From Bdellovibrio sp. (lineage in GTDB: Bacteria > Bdellovibrionota > Bdellovibrionia > Bdellovibrionales > Bdellovibrionaceae): DNA of 64,000 bases. Every line of letters starts with the position of its first letter. The stretch's first letter is position 1. The position numbers and the translations under genes are program-made. The stretch is from positions 768,001 through 832,000 of the forward strand of contig JAKFCY010000002.1 in the NCBI GenBank assembly GCA_036676395.1, given 5' to 3'. The notes under the pieces were generated by a model. It was not told the origin of the DNA and did not search any database. It was given only the letters and a program-made list of their open reading frames with translations. Positions 59,807 through 64,000 of this stretch are shown here, piece by piece.

Positions 59807-60388
59807 ATGAACAAAATCGTTTTATTAGCTATGGCTTTATTTCTTACAGGTTGTGGTATTCAAAGCATTCCGCAACAAAAAAATGAAGTTGATGCTTCAT
59901 TGGCTGAGATTACAAATCAATATAAACGCCGTGCGGATCTAATTCCAAACTTAGTCAATGTTGTAAAAGGTTACGCAGGTCATGAAAAAGACACATTACA
60001 AGGTGTTGTTGAAGCGCGCGCTAAAGCGACTTCGGTAAACATTGATCCAAAAAACATGTCAGCTGAAAAATTAGCTGAGTTTTCAAGAGCACAGGGCCAA
60101 TTATCACAAGCTTTAGGTAAGCTAATGATGATCACCGAAAATTACCCTAACTTAAAAGCCGATCAAAACTTTCGTGATCTACAAGCTCAGCTTGAGGGCA
60201 CTGAAAATCGTATCACTGTAGCGCGTAACCGTTACATCGAACAAATCAAAGGCTTTAATAATTTAGTGACTGTTCCGCCAACGAACATCACGAACATGAT
60301 TATTTATCGCTATGAAAAAATGCCTCAATGGGATGTTTCAGAAGCTGAAAAAGCAACTAACGAAAAAGCTCCAGAAGTTAAATTTTAG
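59807..60388 (+). CDS. lemA: LemA family protein (lipoprotein-type N-terminus)
   Basis: YKRRADLIPNLV, ENYPNLKA, LEGTENRI; LTG|C. Confidence 0.93.
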   Translation: MNKIVLLAMALFLTGCGIQSIPQQKNEVDASLAEITNQYKRRADLIPNLVNVVKGYAGHEKDTLQGVVEARAKATSVNIDPKNMSAEKLAEFSRAQGQLSQALGKLMMITENYPNLKADQNFRDLQAQLEGTENRITVARNRYIEQIKGFNNLVTVPPTNITNMIIYRYEKMPQWDVSEAEKATNEKAPEVKF

Positions 60389-60393
60389 TTTTA

Positions 60394-61191
60394 ATGTTTA
60401 ATAGAACTCTGTTCTTTATCTTAGGATTTCTTTGGCTAAGCGTAAGCTTAGCCTTTGAAGTGCCAAACCTAACCGGTCCGGTCGTTGATCAGGCAGGTGC
60501 TTTATCGCGCGAAGAAGCTAATCAAATTTCTGAACGCTTGCACGCGATTAAAAATCAGGGCGGCGCACAGATTCAAGTGTTAATTGTTTCTACGCTTCAA
60601 GGTGAAGCGATCGAGCAAGCTTCGATTCAGGTTTTTGATAAATGGAAACTGGGCGATGCAAAAAAAGACGATGGCATTTTATTTTTAGTGGCTCTTAATG
60701 ATCGAAAACTTCGAATCGAAGTTGGCCAAGGTTTAGAAGGTAATATTCCAGATATTATCGCTAAACGTATTATCAGCGAAATCACCAGACCCATTTTTAA
60801 ATCACGTAATTATTTTGCCGGTATTTATTTAACGACTGAAGCCATTAATCAGGCGGCAACGACTGCAGATGGTCAAATCTTTGATGTCTATGGTTTTAAA
60901 GAACAGGTGTTAGCAAACCCAAGTTTATTAACTGAACGAGAACGCAGTAATTTATCAGATCGCCAAGAACCCGCAACAAAAGGCAAAAAACTTTCAAGCA
61001 CTTTGGTGTTTTTAGTTTTAGGTGTGCTTTGGATCATTATTTTTATTTTTAGCCCATCAACGGCTCTGTGGATTTTGTTTTCGCTATTAAGTGGCGGCCG
61101 CGGCGGTGGTGGTGGACGTGGCGGCGGAGGCGGCGGTTGGTCTGGTGGTGGCGGAAGCTCATCAGGTGGCGGCGCTTCAGGAGATTGGTGA
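60394..61191 (+). CDS. TPM domain protein (YgcG-like) with Gly-rich tail
   Basis: VVDQAG, RIEVGQGLEG, GGGSSGGGASGDW. Confidence 0.9.
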   Translation: MFNRTLFFILGFLWLSVSLAFEVPNLTGPVVDQAGALSREEANQISERLHAIKNQGGAQIQVLIVSTLQGEAIEQASIQVFDKWKLGDAKKDDGILFLVALNDRKLRIEVGQGLEGNIPDIIAKRIISEITRPIFKSRNYFAGIYLTTEAINQAATTADGQIFDVYGFKEQVLANPSLLTERERSNLSDRQEPATKGKKLSSTLVFLVLGVLWIIIFIFSPSTALWILFSLLSGGRGGGGGRGGGGGGWSGGGGSSSGGGASGDW

Positions 61192-61841
61192 TGTCTAAAA
61201 TTAAAATCGATGCAGCAAAAATTGAAGCAGCCATCGCAGACTTTGAACAGTCTGTTGATTTTGAATTAGTTCCGGTGATTGCTAAAAGCTCGACACCAAC
61301 GCTACATGTTCCGTTCGTGATTAGTTCATTATTAATGATCTTTGTATTCTTTGGTTTTGAAGCCTATTACTTGGCCCAGTGGCACGATTGGGAAGCTTCG
61401 ACGATCATTCACTGGTTAGCGACGTTGTTTGCCATCACGCTAGGCGTAGGGTTTTTGCTGGCCCGTATAGATAGCGTTCGCAGATTATTAACGCCAAGTA
61501 AATACCGTCATCAGTTTGCCCAGCTTGAAGCTGAGCAAGTCTTTTTAAAAAAACGCCTCTATGAGACCCATGCTCATCAGGGTTTACTTTTGTTCATCTC
61601 TTTAATGGAGCATCGTATCGTGGTATTACCGGATATTCGTTCTGAATTTAGCGGTGCGCAAAAGCTCAGTGAAGAAGTGCTTAAAATTCTACAAGATGAT
61701 TTTAAAGCGGGCAGCTATGAGCAAGGTCTTTTAGACGCCATCGCGCATCTTAAACTGGTGTTAGCTCCGCAGTTTCCTAAAAAAGCAGATTCAAACCATG
61801 GAAATCAACTTCCGAACAAGTTGATTTGGTGGGACGAATAG
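61191..61841 (+). CDS. TPM-like membrane protein
   Basis: GLLLFISLMEHRIVVLPD, NQLPN; TGATG coupling to the upstream gene. Confidence 0.85.
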   Translation: MSKIKIDAAKIEAAIADFEQSVDFELVPVIAKSSTPTLHVPFVISSLLMIFVFFGFEAYYLAQWHDWEASTIIHWLATLFAITLGVGFLLARIDSVRRLLTPSKYRHQFAQLEAEQVFLKKRLYETHAHQGLLLFISLMEHRIVVLPDIRSEFSGAQKLSEEVLKILQDDFKAGSYEQGLLDAIAHLKLVLAPQFPKKADSNHGNQLPNKLIWWDE

Positions 61842-61873
61842 CCTAGTATTTTCTTAAATTAATTATCTACAGT

Positions 61874-61949
61874 GCGATCGTAGTTCAATGGATAGAATTC
61901 CCGGCTTCGAACCGGTAGGTTGCAGGTTCGAGTCCTGCCGATCGCACCA
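61874..61949 (+). tRNA. tRNA-Arg(UCG)
   Basis: Acceptor stem GCGATCG/CGATCGC, anticodon loop CT-TCG-AA (TCG at 61907-61909), T arm GCAGG-TTCGAGT-CCTGC, encoded CCA. Confidence 0.95.
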
Positions 61950-61991
61950 ATTCTAGATCTTCGTTTTTCAATTCGTTCTATGTGAAGAATG

Positions 61992-62801
61992 CTAGGGATT
62001 ACTACACCTACTATTGATAAGCCCAACAACAGATTGGGACCAATCATATCTATCCTCTCTGTTTTCGGAAGAGGGCGGAAAAGAATGGGAAAGTAATTTA
62101 ACACATTCTGGATTTTCGTACACCATACGAAGAGACTTTTTATCATTAAGACTAAGCATGTTTTTTGATCTTACAAATATTAATCCATTCATTGCTGAAT
62201 CTCTATCGTACTCACTCAAAAAAAGTGTAAACAGTGAATAAGGTTCATTTTCTTTAACATCTTTATCTTCAGGATGGATGAATTCATGTCTAAAGCCTGC
62301 GAGATGAAGAAATTCATGTAAAACAGTCTGTTTGGATGGCTCGTTAAAAGCGATTGCTGGAATTTCTCCGAGATCTTTTTTTGACCTTAAGCTTTCAGCG
62401 TCAATTATGCCTTGACCTATGGTTGAAAGCCCAAGCCAAGAAGGAGATTTGCTAAACCACATCTTTTTTTTAATTTTACCGGCCTTTACAATTATTACGT
62501 CATAATTATTCTCTTCAGAACATGGTCTCCACCCATCGAAATGAATGCCTGTTTCATCTTCCGAAAAACTTTGTTCAACAATTTTTTTTAATATAGTCTG
62601 AAAATTCGAAGAGTAGAATTCTGGGTTAAAGCTAAAATTTTCAATGGCATATTCTTTATTTTTAAATTGTGTCTTTTCTAGTTGTTTAAGATCATCTAGA
62701 AAACATACATTGACCTTGCGTTTATTCCACATCGCTTGAGGCTCAATTATCGCAGAAAATGCATTAAGCGATAATAAAATACAAATAAAAGCAATCTTCA
62801 T
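61992..62801 (-). CDS. Secreted metzincin-like zinc metallopeptidase
   Basis: Signal peptide; HEFLHLAGFRHE (HExxHxxGxxH); DSAM Met-turn candidate. Confidence 0.8.
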   Translation of the reverse strand: MKIAFICILLSLNAFSAIIEPQAMWNKRKVNVCFLDDLKQLEKTQFKNKEYAIENFSFNPEFYSSNFQTILKKIVEQSFSEDETGIHFDGWRPCSEENNYDVIIVKAGKIKKKMWFSKSPSWLGLSTIGQGIIDAESLRSKKDLGEIPAIAFNEPSKQTVLHEFLHLAGFRHEFIHPEDKDVKENEPYSLFTLFLSEYDRDSAMNGLIFVRSKNMLSLNDKKSLRMVYENPECVKLLSHSFPPSSENREDRYDWSQSVVGLINSRCSNP

Positions 62802-62864
62802 TTTTTACCACACGCTCATTCAATAAATTGTTTTAAGCCATCGTTTGTTATTAATAATTATAGA

Positions 62865-62880
62865 AGCAAGGTTCATACCT
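62865..62880 (-). promoter_or_regulatory. Sigma-54-like promoter
   Basis: AGGTATGAACCTTGCT (GG-N10-GC) upstream of the 62801 start. Confidence 0.45.
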
Positions 62881-63014
62881 TTCAGTAAGTAATAGAGCGG
62901 TCATAGCTTGCAGTAGCAATTGAAGGAGACGCAATTTGTGTCGTTTTTTAGATTTTTTGGATAAAAGGCAGGCTCATTATGAGATTTGTGGGTAAAAAGA
63001 GTATCTTAATTGGA

Positions 63015-63045
63015 CAGACGATTTTGGTTCTTCCAAAATCGTCTG
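63015..63045. terminator. 13-bp hairpin downstream of the 63089-63535 gene
   Basis: CAGACGATTTTGG-N5-CCAAAATCGTCTG. Confidence 0.5.
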
Positions 63046-63088
63046 CAATGGAGCGTGAGCTGTTAATTTTAATAAGGGGTTTTAATCC

Positions 63089-63535
63089 CTAGTATCGACA
63101 AGGTGTGATTGCGTATTTAACCGCACGAACTACAATGTGATTTACATATGAAGTTGATCTCAAGCCCGGAATTTTAAATAATTCTGTATCGGTGCTACCG
63201 TCTATATTTATGCTATACTTTTTGCGGTCAGAAACTCTTTTTTCAATATCTGTACTAATGATTTCACATTCATGATAGCCCGCATAAGACTGATTGTGCC
63301 ATCCTTTAGCGCTAACAAGACCTTCACAATAAGCTTTCGCTTCAACAGCGTCTTTCTGTAAAGAGTTTGTTGCATCTTTTCTTGAGTTATAGAACTGGTT
63401 TGCAACTTCAAGTGGAAGAGTAGAACTCGCAATTTTGCATTTAGCAACATCCGCATCAGCCGACCCTGTGTCACCAGTGCCTGCAAATGAATTTAAAGAC
63501 AGCATCACTAAAACCATTGTTAATACTTTTTTCAT
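63089..63535 (-). CDS. Secreted hypothetical protein
   Basis: GAGGAG RBS; signal peptide ending in SFA followed by GTGDTGS; 4 Cys. Confidence 0.8.
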   Translation of the reverse strand: MKKVLTMVLVMLSLNSFAGTGDTGSADADVAKCKIASSTLPLEVANQFYNSRKDATNSLQKDAVEAKAYCEGLVSAKGWHNQSYAGYHECEIISTDIEKRVSDRKKYSINIDGSTDTELFKIPGLRSTSYVNHIVVRAVKYAITPCRY

Positions 63536-63775
63536 AAAATCTCCTCGATTTTTTTGTTAGTGACATCGAGAATCAACCGTTATGGCGGCATCAATGTCTT
63601 TATAAAAGGTTAGTTTTGCATTTTCAAAGCCATGCAGGTCATGCCTAATATCCGTTTAAAGCAACCTTGGGTGTTAGCAATTTAGACAGCTTACACAAAG
63701 TGATTCATATGACCTTGGTAGGGAACATTTTTGTTCGCTTGTTGAAGCGCCCTCCCTCGTGGAAAAATTAGCTCG

Positions 63776-64000
63776 ATGGAAAAGCCTACAATTTTTGATT
63801 ATTTGGATGTTGTTCATTTTTTAAATGCCCACTTTAAATGGCGAAAATTCATTGAAGCTAATTTTACCTATACTTCATGGAGTCATGAACTCGATATTGG
63901 CAGCAAAACAATACTGCGGTTTATATTACAGCGGAAACGAAGAATTTCAGAAAAAACACGTCTGGCTATGCTAGCTAATTTAAAATTAACATATAAAGAA
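63776..64000 (+). CDS. TIGR02147/DUF4423-like HTH protein, runs off the window (not in ORF track)
   Basis: Manual translation MEKPTIFDYLDVVHFLNAHFKWRKFIEANFTYTSWSHELDIGSKTILRFILQRKRRISEK..., no stop before 64000. Confidence 0.75.
   Translation, partial: MEKPTIFDYLDVVHFLNAHFKWRKFIEANFTYTSWSHELDIGSKTILRFILQRKRRISEKTRLAMLANLKLTYKE

Noticed and set aside
61068..61190. Arg/Trp-rich N-terminal extension of the second TPM ORF
   Set aside because: Off-frame reading of the upstream Gly-rich tail; the real start is at 61188 or 61191
61859..62146. 95-aa minus-strand ORF
   Set aside because: Runs antisense through the tRNA and overlaps the peptidase gene

Overview
AT-rich bacterial chromosome segment, most consistent with a Bdellovibrionota predator (inferred from gene content, a TIGR02147-type gene and many Cys-containing secreted orphans). 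The housekeeping backbone is sucA-sucB-lpdA, gpmA, hutI, glpK, glyQS-ppdK, smc, ftsY, zapA-ygfA-rny-tyrS, a DEAD-box helicase, erpA, nrdJ, GS-III, cinA-like, acyl-CoA dehydrogenase, trmH-like, an RluA/RlmI-type fusion, lemA-TPM-TPM and tRNA-Arg(UCG). Many secreted or membrane hypotheticals are interspersed. I saw no CRISPR array, rRNA, transposase or integrase. Most notable: (1) a secreted protein (16859-18601) with 14 Cys and Pro/Tyr pairs in exact mirror symmetry around residue 162, implying a disulfide-laddered beta-hairpin of about 100 residues per arm, behind a sigma-54-like promoter; (2) an RNase Y whose HD motif reads HG and whose distal Asp reads Asn, in a zapA-ygfA locus lacking 6S RNA; (3) a NUDIX + HNH nuclease insertion between smc and ftsY; (4) an orphan terminator and long hairpin before glyQS; (5) a His-less, ATPase-less kinase-like membrane protein coupled to a receiver; (6) several apparently leaderless genes; (7) an AT-rich accessory tract after the tRNA, ending in a TIGR02147-like ORF absent from the ORF track. 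All family calls come from recognising motifs by eye, not from database searches.
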